Source of the DNA: a plasmid
Length of the DNA stretch: 54,436 nucleotides
Sequence record: NZ_CP046475.1
Strand: one strand, 5' to 3'
The first letter of the stretch is position 1; every line of letters begins with the position of its first letter. The notes under the pieces are model-generated. The model was not told the origin of the DNA, searched no databases, and saw only the letters and a program-made list of their open reading frames with translations. Of this stretch, positions 18,152-27,036 are shown piece after piece. The position numbers and the translations under genes are program-made.

Positions 18152-18816
18152 TCGACGTATCCGTCGAGGCTCGTCACCTTCGTCGAGCCCTGGTTCTCCT
18201 GGGTGCCGTCGACCATCCAGTCGCCGTCCTTCCAGACCATGTCCCCCGGCGTCGCCGTCATCGTGGTCCCGGTGCTGAGGCTGCTCACCACTGTGACGGT
18301 CACGCGGTCGGGCCCCTTCGGCTCGACCTTGAAGCCGCGGACGGTCAGCACCTCACCCGGAGTCGGCTCCGGGATCTCCAGACCGTCGTAGAGGTCCTTG
18401 TACGGGCCGGGAGTGATGTGCTCTTCGAGGAAGACGTCGATGGGCATCCCGATGAAGTTCACCGCCGCGAACAACGCACCCGTGGGGTTGCGTGCGTAGC
18501 AGGCGCGATCCCCGTCGTCGGTGACCCTGGCAGGACCGAACTCCTGCGAACGGGGCACCGTGGCACCGCGCACGACCTCCCACGTCGCCTCCGGCGCCTC
18601 GGTGGGAGCAGCATCGGACCCTGCTGGCAGGCCGCAGCTCCCGGCGGTCTCGCCGTTCGACGTGGACGAGTCCTGGCTCGCGGTGGCGGGCGGGGTCGGC
18701 TCGTCGGACCCGCTGCGGCCGAGCATCCAGCCGATCCCGATGGCTGCGAGCAGGACGACTACCACCGCGGCCGCCAGCAGGGGCCGGCTCAGGTTCTTCT
18801 TCTGCTGCGCCATCTG
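18136..18816 (-). CDS. Secreted/membrane-anchored T4SS-associated protein
   Basis: Start MAQQKKNLSRPLLAAAVVVVLLAAIGIGW with AAGGAG SD; single N-terminal TM/signal; 226 aa. Confidence 0.5.
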   Translation of the reverse strand, partial: QMAQQKKNLSRPLLAAAVVVVLLAAIGIGWMLGRSGSDEPTPPATASQDSSTSNGETAGSCGLPAGSDAAPTEAPEATWEVVRGATVPRSQEFGPARVTDDGDRACYARNPTGALFAAVNFIGMPIDVFLEEHITPGPYKDLYDGLEIPEPTPGEVLTVRGFKVEPKGPDRVTVTVVSSLSTGTTMTATPGDMVWKDGDWMVDGTQENQGSTKVTSLDGYVEWGPK

Positions 18817-18857
18817 GCGCTCCTTTCCTCGTCGGGCTCTCGCAGGCCAGGCGCGTG

Positions 18858-19139
18858 TTACGTCAGCGCGGAGATGATCTGGCCGACGACGCCGAGCAGG
18901 ACCAGGCCGACGCAGACGATGAGGAAGGCGCGGATGCCCTGGCTGCTGCGGCCGTCGAGGACGCCGGCGAAGATGAGGATCACCGAGACGATGAGCCCGA
19001 TCGCGCCCATCGCGATCGCACCCCACATGACCCAGTTGATGACGGTCTCGAAGACGTCGGCACCGGGAGGTGCGTCGGGGGTGGGGTCGATGTCCATCGG
19101 CAGGCGCACCGCGACGGCGGCGCTGAGGGTGTTCATCAT
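18858..19139 (-). CDS. VirB2/TrbC-like pilin-type small membrane protein
   Basis: 93 aa with two hydrophobic helices (WVMWGAIAMGAIGLIVSVILIFAGV; AFLIVCVGLVLLGVVGQIISA); AAGGAG SD; ATGA overlap with the upstream gene. Confidence 0.5.
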   Translation of the reverse strand: MMNTLSAAVAVRLPMDIDPTPDAPPGADVFETVINWVMWGAIAMGAIGLIVSVILIFAGVLDGRSSQGIRAFLIVCVGLVLLGVVGQIISALT

Positions 19140-19873
19140 CGGTTGATCTCCTTCGGGTTGGGCTCGAGGCCGCGCTCTGCGGCCCAGGTCAAGACGTTGC
19201 GGGCGACCTTGGTGGTCGCTCGAGGTGGGCGGTCCAGCGACGGGGTCGGCACCAGGTGCCAGGCGGGTACCCAGGGCATGAACCACGTCCGCGGGTACAT
19301 GCGGGCCACGCGCTTCATCCCCGGGGCGAGCTCGGCGACGGGCTTGGGGCCGTCGGCCACGAAGACCAGGCCCAGCAGGGCCAGACCGGGCAGCGCGCCA
19401 CTGCCCCATTCGCGGGCGGCCGCGTGAGCGCGGTCCAGGCCGATGCCGGAGGTGCGGGCGACGAGGACGACGGGACCGACGCGCGGGATGACCCCGGGAG
19501 CGGGGGTCTCACTCATCGTCAGGCCGCCGGGGTTGGAGTTGGCGACCTTCGCCAGGACCCGCGTCAGCGTCGAGGAGCCGGCGCCACCGTGCAGCGCGAC
19601 GACGCTGACAGTGCTCGGCCCGACCTCGCCCTGGATGCGCAGCACCCCTCCCCCGGCTGGGGCTGGCGCCCCAGGCGGCAGGACCGGGCCGCGAACTACG
19701 GGCACCACGACGTCGTCAATCGGGTCAGGCCCAGGCACCACGATCGGCGCCGACTTGAACGGGTTGTGCACCGGCTGCGCCGGCGGTGTCTTAGAGCTTC
19801 CCCTGCTCATGCTTCCCCCTCGCCGGCGCGGATACTCTCGCCGAACTGTCGGAAACGACTTCTGAACTACCAC
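19136..19873 (-). CDS. Hypothetical protein, first gene of the T4SS operon (alternative start ~19810)
   Basis: Pro/Gly-rich 245-aa ORF; ATGA overlap with the pilin-like gene. Confidence 0.4.
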   Translation of the reverse strand: MVVQKSFPTVRREYPRRRGGSMSRGSSKTPPAQPVHNPFKSAPIVVPGPDPIDDVVVPVVRGPVLPPGAPAPAGGGVLRIQGEVGPSTVSVVALHGGAGSSTLTRVLAKVANSNPGGLTMSETPAPGVIPRVGPVVLVARTSGIGLDRAHAAAREWGSGALPGLALLGLVFVADGPKPVAELAPGMKRVARMYPRTWFMPWVPAWHLVPTPSLDRPPRATTKVARNVLTWAAERGLEPNPKEINR

Positions 19874-19984
19874 CGTAGGTGGTGTTTCACCGTTCGTTGG
19901 TCTTGGGCAATTAAGAGGACCTTAAAGAAACGTGCGGAACCGTTGGGCATCTGCGACTATCAAAAAGGAACGTGAGGGAACTCG

Positions 19985-20218
19985 ATGGAGGACAACGACG
20001 TGCTGCCGGAGCTCCAGGCGTACGGGCCGAGCCTCACCACCGCTGAGGCTGCGGCAGTGCTGCGGCTCGATCGGGCTCAGGTGGGCCAGCTCCTCAAGCG
20101 TGGGGAGCTGCCCGGCTTTCGCGTCGGTGGCCGTTGGCGGCTGCGTCGCAGCGACGTCCAGCTGGTGATGCTCGGCAAGTGGGAGGGGCCTGACGTTCCT
20201 GATCAGGACGACGACTAG
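19985..20218 (+). CDS. Excisionase/AlpA-family helix-turn-helix DNA-binding protein
   Basis: TTAEAAAVLRLDRAQVGQLLKRGELPGFRVGGRWRLRRSDV fits the HTH_17/Xis pattern; 77 aa. Confidence 0.65.
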   Translation: MEDNDVLPELQAYGPSLTTAEAAAVLRLDRAQVGQLLKRGELPGFRVGGRWRLRRSDVQLVMLGKWEGPDVPDQDDD

Positions 20219-20256
20219 TCGCGCGGGCCGCACGGCCCGCGCACGAAGGGGGACGC

Positions 20257-21279
20257 ATGAAGTGGATCGGTGGCCTGCTGCTCGGGGTCGTCCTTTTCGT
20301 CGTGATGCTCGTCCCCCTGCTCATCCAGGGCGCGCAGAGCCTCAACGACTCCCCCAACCCCCTCACCGGATCCCTCGACGCAGCGTCCATCCCGCAGGAG
20401 TACCGCGACTACGTCATCGCCGCCGGCAACGTCTGCGCAGACGTGCCGGCGGCGGCGATCGCCGCGCAGATCGAGCACGAGAGTGGCTGGAACCCCCGGG
20501 CGGTCTCCCCCGTCGGCGCACAGGGCATCGCTCAGTTCATGCCCGGCACCTGGGCGACGTACGGCCGCGACGTCGACAAGAACGGCAAGGCCTCTCCCTT
20601 CGACCCCGCCGACGCGATCGACGCGCAAGCCCGGTTCATGTGCGCGCTGACCCGCTTCGTCCAGCCCTTCGTCGCCGCCTCCGGGCGCCCCGCGATCGAG
20701 CTGGCCTGGGCGGCGTACAACGCCGGCCCGGCTCGCATCACTCAGTACGCCGGCATCCCGCCGTTCACCGAGACCCAGAACTACGTCGCCAAGCTGCGCG
20801 AGAGCATGGCCGCTTTCCTCGCTGACAGCGTCCCGGTCAGCGGGTCGTGGGCCCCGCCGCTGGCCAAGCAGCACATGATTCCCACGAGCCCCTTCGGGCC
20901 CCGCGGAAGCCCCTGCGCGGGTTGCTCGTCCAACCACCAGGGCCAGGACTTCGGCGCCCCCTCCGGGGCGACCATCTACGCCGCGTGCGACGGCATCGTC
21001 GACTTCGCCGGGCAGATGAGCGGCTACGGAAACATCACCTTCGTCAACTGCGGCAACGGCATCCGCACCGGCTACGCCCACCAGTCCGCGATCCGCGTCC
21101 AGGTCGGGCAGAAGGTCGAGGCCGGCGACGGCATCGGCGCCGTCGGCAGCACCGGCGTCGGCACCGGCGCCCATCTGCACTTCGAGGTCCGCACCGGCGC
21201 CCCCGCCGGTGGCGGGGGCCTGTCTGGCACCCCGACCGATCCCCGCCCCTTCATGGCCAAGAGAGGAGTCACGTGGTGA
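20257..21279 (+). CDS. Bifunctional cell-wall hydrolase: SLT lytic transglycosylase + M23 peptidase (conjugation-associated)
   Basis: N-terminal TM; SLT motif EHESGWNPRAVSPVGAQGIAQFMPGTW; M23 motifs HQGQDF, GYAHQS, GAHLHFEV. Confidence 0.85.
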   Translation: MKWIGGLLLGVVLFVVMLVPLLIQGAQSLNDSPNPLTGSLDAASIPQEYRDYVIAAGNVCADVPAAAIAAQIEHESGWNPRAVSPVGAQGIAQFMPGTWATYGRDVDKNGKASPFDPADAIDAQARFMCALTRFVQPFVAASGRPAIELAWAAYNAGPARITQYAGIPPFTETQNYVAKLRESMAAFLADSVPVSGSWAPPLAKQHMIPTSPFGPRGSPCAGCSSNHQGQDFGAPSGATIYAACDGIVDFAGQMSGYGNITFVNCGNGIRTGYAHQSAIRVQVGQKVEAGDGIGAVGSTGVGTGAHLHFEVRTGAPAGGGGLSGTPTDPRPFMAKRGVTW

Positions 21280-21917
21280 CCCGACCTCACGCAGCCATCA
21301 CCCTGGCGGCCGGCGCGCTCCTGCTCGCCGCCTGCGGCGACGACCCCGCGCCCGTGGCGCAGACCAGCGCAGCCGCACCCAGCACGAGCAGCACCGCCCC
21401 CCGAGGCGGTCCGTCCTCGTCGACGACGTCGACAGCCGCAGAGCCGCAGGGGCGTCCTACCGCCCCCAAGGGCTCCCCGGGACGACCTCGAGGAGGGGTC
21501 GTCGATCCTCGCGACGTCGACGACGCGCAGGCCTCCGAGGTCGCGCAGGCTTATGCCCGCACCACCTCGACCATCGACACCCGCATCGACCGCTCCTACA
21601 GCGACGCGCAGCGCCGCGCGACGCGCTGGCTCGACCCGAAGATCGCCAAGGAGCTCGAGCAGAACCTGCCCGCTGACCCCGGTTGGTCCCAGCTCGCGAA
21701 GGACCAGGCGTGGACGACCGCGCGCACCCAGGACGTCAGCCCTGACGGCTCCGCGCCGAGCGGGCTGAACGCCTCACGCGTCGTCGAGGTCACCGTCACC
21801 ACCAAGGGCGCTGGCGGCAAGAGCATCGGCAAGCCCGACACGGTCACGCTGCTCGTCGACCTCGCCCGCGCCGGCACCACCAAGCCGTGGCTCGTCACAG
21901 CCGTGTCGACCTACTAG
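21273..21917 (+). CDS. Lipoprotein (Ser/Thr/Pro-rich linker)
   Basis: GTG start overlapping the previous stop; lipobox LLLAAC; low-complexity linker. Confidence 0.55.
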   Translation: MVTRPHAAITLAAGALLLAACGDDPAPVAQTSAAAPSTSSTAPRGGPSSSTTSTAAEPQGRPTAPKGSPGRPRGGVVDPRDVDDAQASEVAQAYARTTSTIDTRIDRSYSDAQRRATRWLDPKIAKELEQNLPADPGWSQLAKDQAWTTARTQDVSPDGSAPSGLNASRVVEVTVTTKGAGGKSIGKPDTVTLLVDLARAGTTKPWLVTAVSTY

Positions 21918-21927
21918 GAGCCATCCC

Positions 21928-23475
21928 ATGACGATCCCAACCGCCATCGGAGACAACGGCGAGACCCGCGAAGAGTTCGACCCGCGCAGCGTCCCGGCCT
22001 TCCCCATCGTCAACGTCCGCCTCTACCGCACCGAGGACGGCGCCGTGACCGGCGAGGTCGACGGCGCCGACGTCGACGTCGACCCCGACGCCCCCATCGA
22101 CAGCGTGATGCGCCACGCCCAGGACGCAGCGGCAACTCGTCCGATGCGCGCCGTGCGCGTCACCGCGACCGACGTCGACGGCAAGACCTGGCCGATGGTC
22201 GTGCACGCCGACGGCCGCACCTGGGACCTCGACACCACCCCCGAGCCCGAGCGCACCGGCATGCGCCGCTCCGTCGTCGCGGCCATCGCCGCCGGCACCC
22301 TCGTCCTGGCCGGGGCGGGCCTCGGCGGTGCCTGGTACATCGCCGCCCACCAAGACCCGCCCACTGCGACCGCGCCTGTCGCGGCGCCCGCCGGCGAGGC
22401 ACCCGTCGTCCCCGTGGCCGGGTGGGCTCGCCGCGCCGCGTGGGTCTCCCCCGCGATCAACGTGCCCAGCGACGGCGCACCGCTGCTCGTCACCGACTCC
22501 ACCGTCGTCGCCACCCTCGACGACGGCCCGAGCGCCCAGCTCGCAGCCCTTCGCCCCGACGACGGCGCCACCTTGTGGACCGTGCCGATCGACAACCGGG
22601 TCACCGGTTCGCCGCAGCAGGTGGCCTACCAAGGACGCGAGGGCATCGCCGTCGCCACAGGTGACGCCCTGACGATCTGGCCCAACAGCACCACCGAGCC
22701 CAACCCGACGACGTGGGAGATCTCCGAGCCCGGGCTCACGCTCGTCCCGACCTCGAAGATTCCGCTGCTGGCCAGCACCGAGACGCTCACCGCGCTCGTG
22801 CTGCAGGGCGACGCCCTGCAGCAGCGGGTCCTGCCCGCCGGAGCCCAACCCCTCGTCGCCACCGACGACGCGGCCGTCCTCGCCGCCGACGACAGTGGAC
22901 GGTGGTGGACCCTGACCAGCGAGCAGACCGCTCCCTCCCCCGAGACGCTGACGGCTCCCAGCCCCAAGGCCACGCCGCTCGGCATCGTCGGCGTCGCCGG
23001 TCGCACCCTCGTCTACGCCTGGCAAGACCGCGGGCAGACAGCCCTCACCGGCTACGCCACCGAGTCGAGCATGGAGCCGGCCTGGTCCGTCGTCATCAGC
23101 GAGGACGTCGACGCCGACGACTTCGCCGCCTCCCCCGACGGGTCATGGGCCATCGCCGGCACCACAGCGATCGAGTCCGAGACCGGCACCATCCGGGCAC
23201 TGCCCGAGGACTGGTCCACCGCCCAGATCACCGACGAAGCCGCATGGAGCACCGCCGGTGACGGCTACCGCGCCGAGCGCATGAAGCCCGCCCAACGCAT
23301 CCCCGGCGGTGCCGACGTCGACCCCCAGGGCATCCCCGTCGCTACCGCTGGCGACCGCGGCCTCATCATCGCCAGCACCGGTCAGGCCCAGCGCATCTAC
23401 GCCCTCGAGCCCGACACCGGCACCGCCTACGGCCCCGACGTCACCCCCTCAGCCGCTGACGGAGAGTCGAAGTGA
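21928..23475 (+). CDS. Membrane-anchored hypothetical protein (single central TM)
   Basis: 515 aa; TM VVAAIAAGTLVLAGAGLGGAWYIAA; large Pro/Thr-rich extracytoplasmic part. Confidence 0.5.
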   Translation: MTIPTAIGDNGETREEFDPRSVPAFPIVNVRLYRTEDGAVTGEVDGADVDVDPDAPIDSVMRHAQDAAATRPMRAVRVTATDVDGKTWPMVVHADGRTWDLDTTPEPERTGMRRSVVAAIAAGTLVLAGAGLGGAWYIAAHQDPPTATAPVAAPAGEAPVVPVAGWARRAAWVSPAINVPSDGAPLLVTDSTVVATLDDGPSAQLAALRPDDGATLWTVPIDNRVTGSPQQVAYQGREGIAVATGDALTIWPNSTTEPNPTTWEISEPGLTLVPTSKIPLLASTETLTALVLQGDALQQRVLPAGAQPLVATDDAAVLAADDSGRWWTLTSEQTAPSPETLTAPSPKATPLGIVGVAGRTLVYAWQDRGQTALTGYATESSMEPAWSVVISEDVDADDFAASPDGSWAIAGTTAIESETGTIRALPEDWSTAQITDEAAWSTAGDGYRAERMKPAQRIPGGADVDPQGIPVATAGDRGLIIASTGQAQRIYALEPDTGTAYGPDVTPSAADGESK

Positions 23476-23554
23476 TGACGGCTGCGCCAAGAAATAGCCG
23501 CGACACGCCGTCGACGTCGCTTTATCTGGCTAGCCACGCCCCTAGGTTCTCCCC

Positions 23555-23773
23555 ATGAGTACTCCAGCGAACGCCCACCGCAGCCCGGATCGCTCCGCTG
23601 CCGTGCTGCTGCGGTTCTCCCTCGACGGTCGCGCCGAGCTCAAGCGGCGAGCCAGCGAGCTCGGGATGACCGTTCAGCAGTACGCGGACTGGAAACTCCT
23701 CGACGCTGACCCCTCCAAGCCTGTCGGCGGCCGCGCAACCGGCCAGCGGCCACTGGAGGGCCTGAGCGCCTAG
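23555..23773 (+). CDS. Small ribbon-helix-helix-like DNA-binding protein
   Basis: 72 aa; AVLLRFSLDGRAELKRRASELGMTVQQYADWKLL resembles CopG/MobC-type RHH proteins. Confidence 0.4.
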   Translation: MSTPANAHRSPDRSAAVLLRFSLDGRAELKRRASELGMTVQQYADWKLLDADPSKPVGGRATGQRPLEGLSA

Positions 23774-23807
23774 AACCCCTGCAGGGCAGTGCCCTGACAT
23801 GACGAAA

Positions 23808-23827
23808 GCCCCGGCGGCAACCGGGGC
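23808..23827 (+). terminator. GC hairpin after the RHH gene
   Basis: GCCCCGG-cggcaa-CCGGGGC; preceded by the palindrome CAGGGCAgTGCCCTG (23782..23796). Confidence 0.35.
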
Positions 23828-23896
23828 CTTCGAGTCGAAACCGAGTAACCAGCTCGGTCCCTGTGAACCAACTCCCGCAAGGAGGTAGGTGGCTTT

Positions 23897-25432
23897 GTGC
23901 TGCCCACTGTAGAACACGCACGTCCAGATGCGCCAGGAAGTCTCTCCCCGACGCGCCGAGCGGCCCTGCGCGCCGCACCGTCGCCCGCCGTCGCCGCTGA
24001 GGTCGCCTCCCGGTGGACCAAGCGGCCCTGGGTGCCCTTCGGCACCCCCGTGCAGGTCGAGGGAGCCGACGAGGCCCGCGAGGCCATCCGCTACGAGATC
24101 GCCGAGGACGACGGCTGCTACGCCGACGTGCGCGCGTGGACCTCCCGCGATGCCTTTCTGGCCGGGCTGCGGCTCTACCTCGAGCACTACCCCGAGGCCC
24201 TGAGCGGACCGAACAAGAACGACGCGATCAAGCTCGACGCGTTCATGCAGATCATCGAGATCACCGCCGCCCAGGCACACCCCGCCACCGGCCGCGCCGT
24301 GCGCGCCTACAAGCGGTGGGTCGCCCAGCAAGCCGGCTGCTCCGAGGACAAGGTCCAGCGCGCCTGGCGCTTCGCCACCTGCCGCCTCGACGTCCTGCGC
24401 GAGATCCGCCGCGCCCGCCCGCTGCACCAGAGCGCGCGTCTGACCGTGCGCCAGGGCCATCGGATGCCAGACGGCACCCGATGCCGCCAGCGCGGGATCA
24501 CGCCCCTTCGCGCGTTCAACGTCCCCGACTGGCTCGCACCCTGGGTCGCGATTGCCACCCAGGAGCCCCAGGACAGCCGTCAGGAGCCGATCACCGAGGC
24601 TGTGGACAACGACACCACCGACGTCGTGTGCGGCTCTCACAAGCCCTCTGACGAGTTGCCGACGGGGGTTTTCGCATCCCCACCCCGTAGGGGCCAGCCT
24701 TTCGAGAAAAGTCACCTTCTACCTAGGGAGACTTGCAGCCACGACACTGTCTCGCTCCGCTCGACCAAGGGGACGCGCTCCGCGCGACGCCTCGACGGAG
24801 GCGGGCGGCCGGTTCGGCGCACCCGCCTCGCTGGCGAGGAGCTCGCCGCCGGTATCGCCGCCCTGCTCGGCTGGTCGACCACGAAGCACCAGGACGGCCC
24901 GCGGCTCTCGCCGCGGATGACCGCGCCGGCCCTGGCCGACTTCGAGCGAGCGGGCTGGACCCCCGAGCACTGGCTCGCCACAGCCCGGGCCGTCGCGGTG
25001 ACCCTGCGCTACCGCTGGCCCACGTCCTCGCAGCAGATCACCTCCCCCGGCGGGTGGGTGCGCTGGCTGACCCAGCACATGGTCCCCGACGAGCCCGTCG
25101 ACGTCGGCGCCGACCCCGCGGCCCCGCCGTGGCTCACCCCCTGTGGCCAGGCCGGCTGCGACGGCCACGGATGGCTCACCAGCGACCCCGACCCCGTCAC
25201 CGGGCGCGTTACTTCGCGCAAGTGCCCGACGTGCCCGCCGCGCATCCGCGTGGCCACCCCGGTCCAGATCGAGCAGCGCGACCTCGCGCTGACCGACTAC
25301 GAGCCCCCCGCCACCGTGTGCGTCGCCTGCCGGCGACCAGGACCGACTGTCGTCGCTCGACTGGCCAGCCCCCTCGGCTCGGCCGTGTGCGACCCGTGCT
25401 GGCAGATCGCCACCAACGGGCCCGGCTCGTAG
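23897..25432 (+). CDS. Hypothetical protein with a C-terminal Cys-rich zinc-ribbon region (replication/transfer-associated?)
   Basis: GTG start 11 nt after AAGGAGG; 511 aa; C-terminal CGQAGCDGHGW...KCPTCPP...CVACRRPG...CDPCW cysteine clusters. Confidence 0.5.
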   Translation: MLPTVEHARPDAPGSLSPTRRAALRAAPSPAVAAEVASRWTKRPWVPFGTPVQVEGADEAREAIRYEIAEDDGCYADVRAWTSRDAFLAGLRLYLEHYPEALSGPNKNDAIKLDAFMQIIEITAAQAHPATGRAVRAYKRWVAQQAGCSEDKVQRAWRFATCRLDVLREIRRARPLHQSARLTVRQGHRMPDGTRCRQRGITPLRAFNVPDWLAPWVAIATQEPQDSRQEPITEAVDNDTTDVVCGSHKPSDELPTGVFASPPRRGQPFEKSHLLPRETCSHDTVSLRSTKGTRSARRLDGGGRPVRRTRLAGEELAAGIAALLGWSTTKHQDGPRLSPRMTAPALADFERAGWTPEHWLATARAVAVTLRYRWPTSSQQITSPGGWVRWLTQHMVPDEPVDVGADPAAPPWLTPCGQAGCDGHGWLTSDPDPVTGRVTSRKCPTCPPRIRVATPVQIEQRDLALTDYEPPATVCVACRRPGPTVVARLASPLGSAVCDPCWQIATNGPGS

Positions 25433-25441
25433 GCCGTGAGC

Positions 25442-25467
25442 CGTGCACGTGCTGAAGCACGTGCACG
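25442..25467 (+). terminator. Perfect 11-bp stem / 4-nt loop hairpin after the 23897..25432 gene
   Basis: CGTGCACGTGC-tgaa-GCACGTGCACG; no T-tract, as is common in high-GC genomes. Confidence 0.4.
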
Positions 25468-25823
25468 TTCGCTGGAACGGGTCGGAAGGTCGATCCGACA
25501 CGTGTCGGACGACCTCGCGCACGTACGAGATGTGGCGCGGCGCTTCCTGGCCGTCGGCTCCGCCCTCGTGGCCTAACGCACTGGACCCTGCCCCGGAATT
25601 CCGGGGCAAACCCGGCCTCACAGCCTCAGCTCGAGACGTCACCATCGCTGTCAGGACCTGCCCCAAGAGGGGGGTGTCAGGCATACCTCGAGGGTATCGC
25701 GGCGCGCGCCCGTAGAATCGGAGTACATCGAGTGGTTACACCGATGTCATTCGTCCACATGTTGTGCATAAGTGCACCGAGGCTTCCGGGAAATCCGTCC
25801 CGGTTGGACGAAGGGAGGTCTGA

Positions 25824-25976
25824 ATGTCGAAGCTCTCCGAGCCGAAGCATGACGACCACGGAAAGCCGCCCGACGACGACGGCGGCGGTCCTAAGCGCAT
25901 CGCGCTCAAGACCGCCGCACAGGTGTTCATCGCCGTGGTGACGCTTTTCCGCCTGATCATGGACTTCATGTCCTGA
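25824..25976 (+). CDS. Small protein (50 aa) with a hydrophilic N-terminus and hydrophobic C-terminal helix
   Basis: GGGAGG SD 6 nt upstream of ATG; MSKLSEPKHDDHGKPPDDDGGGPKRIALKTAAQVFIAVVTLFRLIMDFMS. Confidence 0.35.
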   Translation: MSKLSEPKHDDHGKPPDDDGGGPKRIALKTAAQVFIAVVTLFRLIMDFMS

Positions 25977-26027
25977 TCGACGAAGGGCGGTGGTGGGGGC
26001 TCGGTCTAGCCACCGGGCTCCCGCCGC

Positions 26028-26076
26028 CGTTCTTTGCCTAGGCGTGCCTAGGTCTTGCCTAGATGATAGGCACCCC
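26028..26076. repeat. Iteron-like repeats TGCCTAG(G/A) x3 plus an inverted copy
   Basis: ttTGCCTAGGcgTGCCTAGGtctTGCCTAGAtgaTAGGCA. Confidence 0.35.
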
Positions 26077-26593
26077 GGCTGAGAGCGTGCCAGCGGGGCA
26101 CGACCTATGAGCTCGTCAGTTCCGGGATCTCGATGTGGTCGACGTGCTGCTCGGGGGCTTCCTCTGCCAGCCGTTCTTGATCCCGTCGAACCTTGATGTT
26201 GGAGAACGTCCGCAACATCGACACTGCGTAGTACATCGACGCCACGAGGCGACTTACAGCGACCTCACGGTCTACCGGCTCCCCTCCGGGTCGCAGCTAG
26301 CCCGGCCCCAGGCAGGCTCCCCCTTCGTAGGTGTCGAGCCGCGATCACGACGACAAGCGGCGGCCGCCTGACGGCGCCCACGAGCCGGTTCACCTCTCGC
26401 CCTTCCCCCGACGTCCCACTCTGCGGGCTCGGCACCCCACGTCAAGCCGGCTGCGCCGGCCTCTCCCCCACCAACCTCTGGCACGCGCTGCGCTCCTTCG
26501 TCGCTCCGCTTATTTCGCGCCAGAGCTTGGCTCCTCCGATCCCCTGCGGGGTTGACGTGGGGCGCCTCAGCGCCCGCGACGGGGACAAACGTC

Positions 26594-26623
26594 GGGGGCG
26601 GGGGCGGGGGGTGGTTGGGCCGC
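26594..26623 (+). other. G-quadruplex-forming motif (G5-C-G5-C-G6-TGGTT-GGG)
   Basis: gggggcgggggcggggggtggttggg, ~40 bp upstream of the first TTGACCAACTAGAC promoter copy. Confidence 0.3.
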
Positions 26624-26660
26624 AGCAGACCAACGGGCCAGTTCCCATCCGGCGTCACCG

Positions 26661-26674
26661 TTGACCAACTAGAC
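26661..26674 (+). promoter_or_regulatory. Conserved promoter/operator motif, copy A (TTGACCAACTAGAC)
   Basis: Shared with copies at 28381, 29859, 31365 and 32046; contains a TTGACC -35-like hexamer. Confidence 0.45.
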
Positions 26675-26686
26675 CGAGGAGCCAGC

Positions 26687-27004
26687 ATGAACATCACGAC
26701 CCGCACCCAGGGCACCTGCGCCGTCGACGACTGCGCCAAGGACAACCGCGACGTGATCCGCGACCACGGCGTATGGCACAAGATCCGCGGCGAGGTGTTC
26801 ACCCGCGGCGCGTTCGTCGTCGACTCCTGGGCCACGGCCTGCCCCGAGCACCAGGACGAGGTCACGCACGCCGTCACCCGCGACGTCGAGGAATGGCCCG
26901 AGCGCTGGCATGTCGTCGTGGGAACCCAGGACTACGGCACCAACGGCCCCCACCCCGACCGGATCGCCGCTGACGGCGACGGCAACCCCGAAACCCTCTT
27001 CTAG
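26687..27004 (+). CDS. Hypothetical protein (105 aa)
   Basis: GAGGAG SD; follows motif copy A. Confidence 0.5.
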   Translation: MNITTRTQGTCAVDDCAKDNRDVIRDHGVWHKIRGEVFTRGAFVVDSWATACPEHQDEVTHAVTRDVEEWPERWHVVVGTQDYGTNGPHPDRIAADGDGNPETLF

Positions 27005-27017
27005 ACAGCATTGACCA
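27000..27017 (+). promoter_or_regulatory. Conserved promoter/operator motif, copy B (TCTAGACAGCATTGACCA)
   Basis: Variant CTAGAC-NNN-ATTGACCA shared with copies D, E and F. Confidence 0.4.
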
Positions 27018-27036
27018 CACACACCAAGGAGACAGT

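Noticed and set aside
20215-21180. 321-aa ORF antisense to the SLT/M23 hydrolase gene
   Set aside because: The + strand frame carries clear SLT and M23 catalytic motifs; the antisense frame is Gly/Asp/Ala-rich noise.
24013-25684. Alternative-frame and antisense ORFs (24013..24651 +, 24733..25455 +, 24719..25684 -) across the 23897..25432 gene
   Set aside because: A single uninterrupted 511-aa frame with SD explains the region; the alternatives are Arg/Pro-rich.
26106-26275. Possible 37-46-aa - strand ORF (..MLRTFSNIKVRRDQERLAEEAPEQHVDHIEIPELTSS)
   Set aside because: No convincing SD or start context and it is below reliable size, so it is noted only as a possible small gene in the origin-like region.
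26272-26877. 201-aa - strand ORF spanning the structured intergenic region and the 26687..27004 gene
   Set aside because: No SD; crosses hairpin- and G-run-rich non-coding DNA; opposite to the SD-supported + strand gene.
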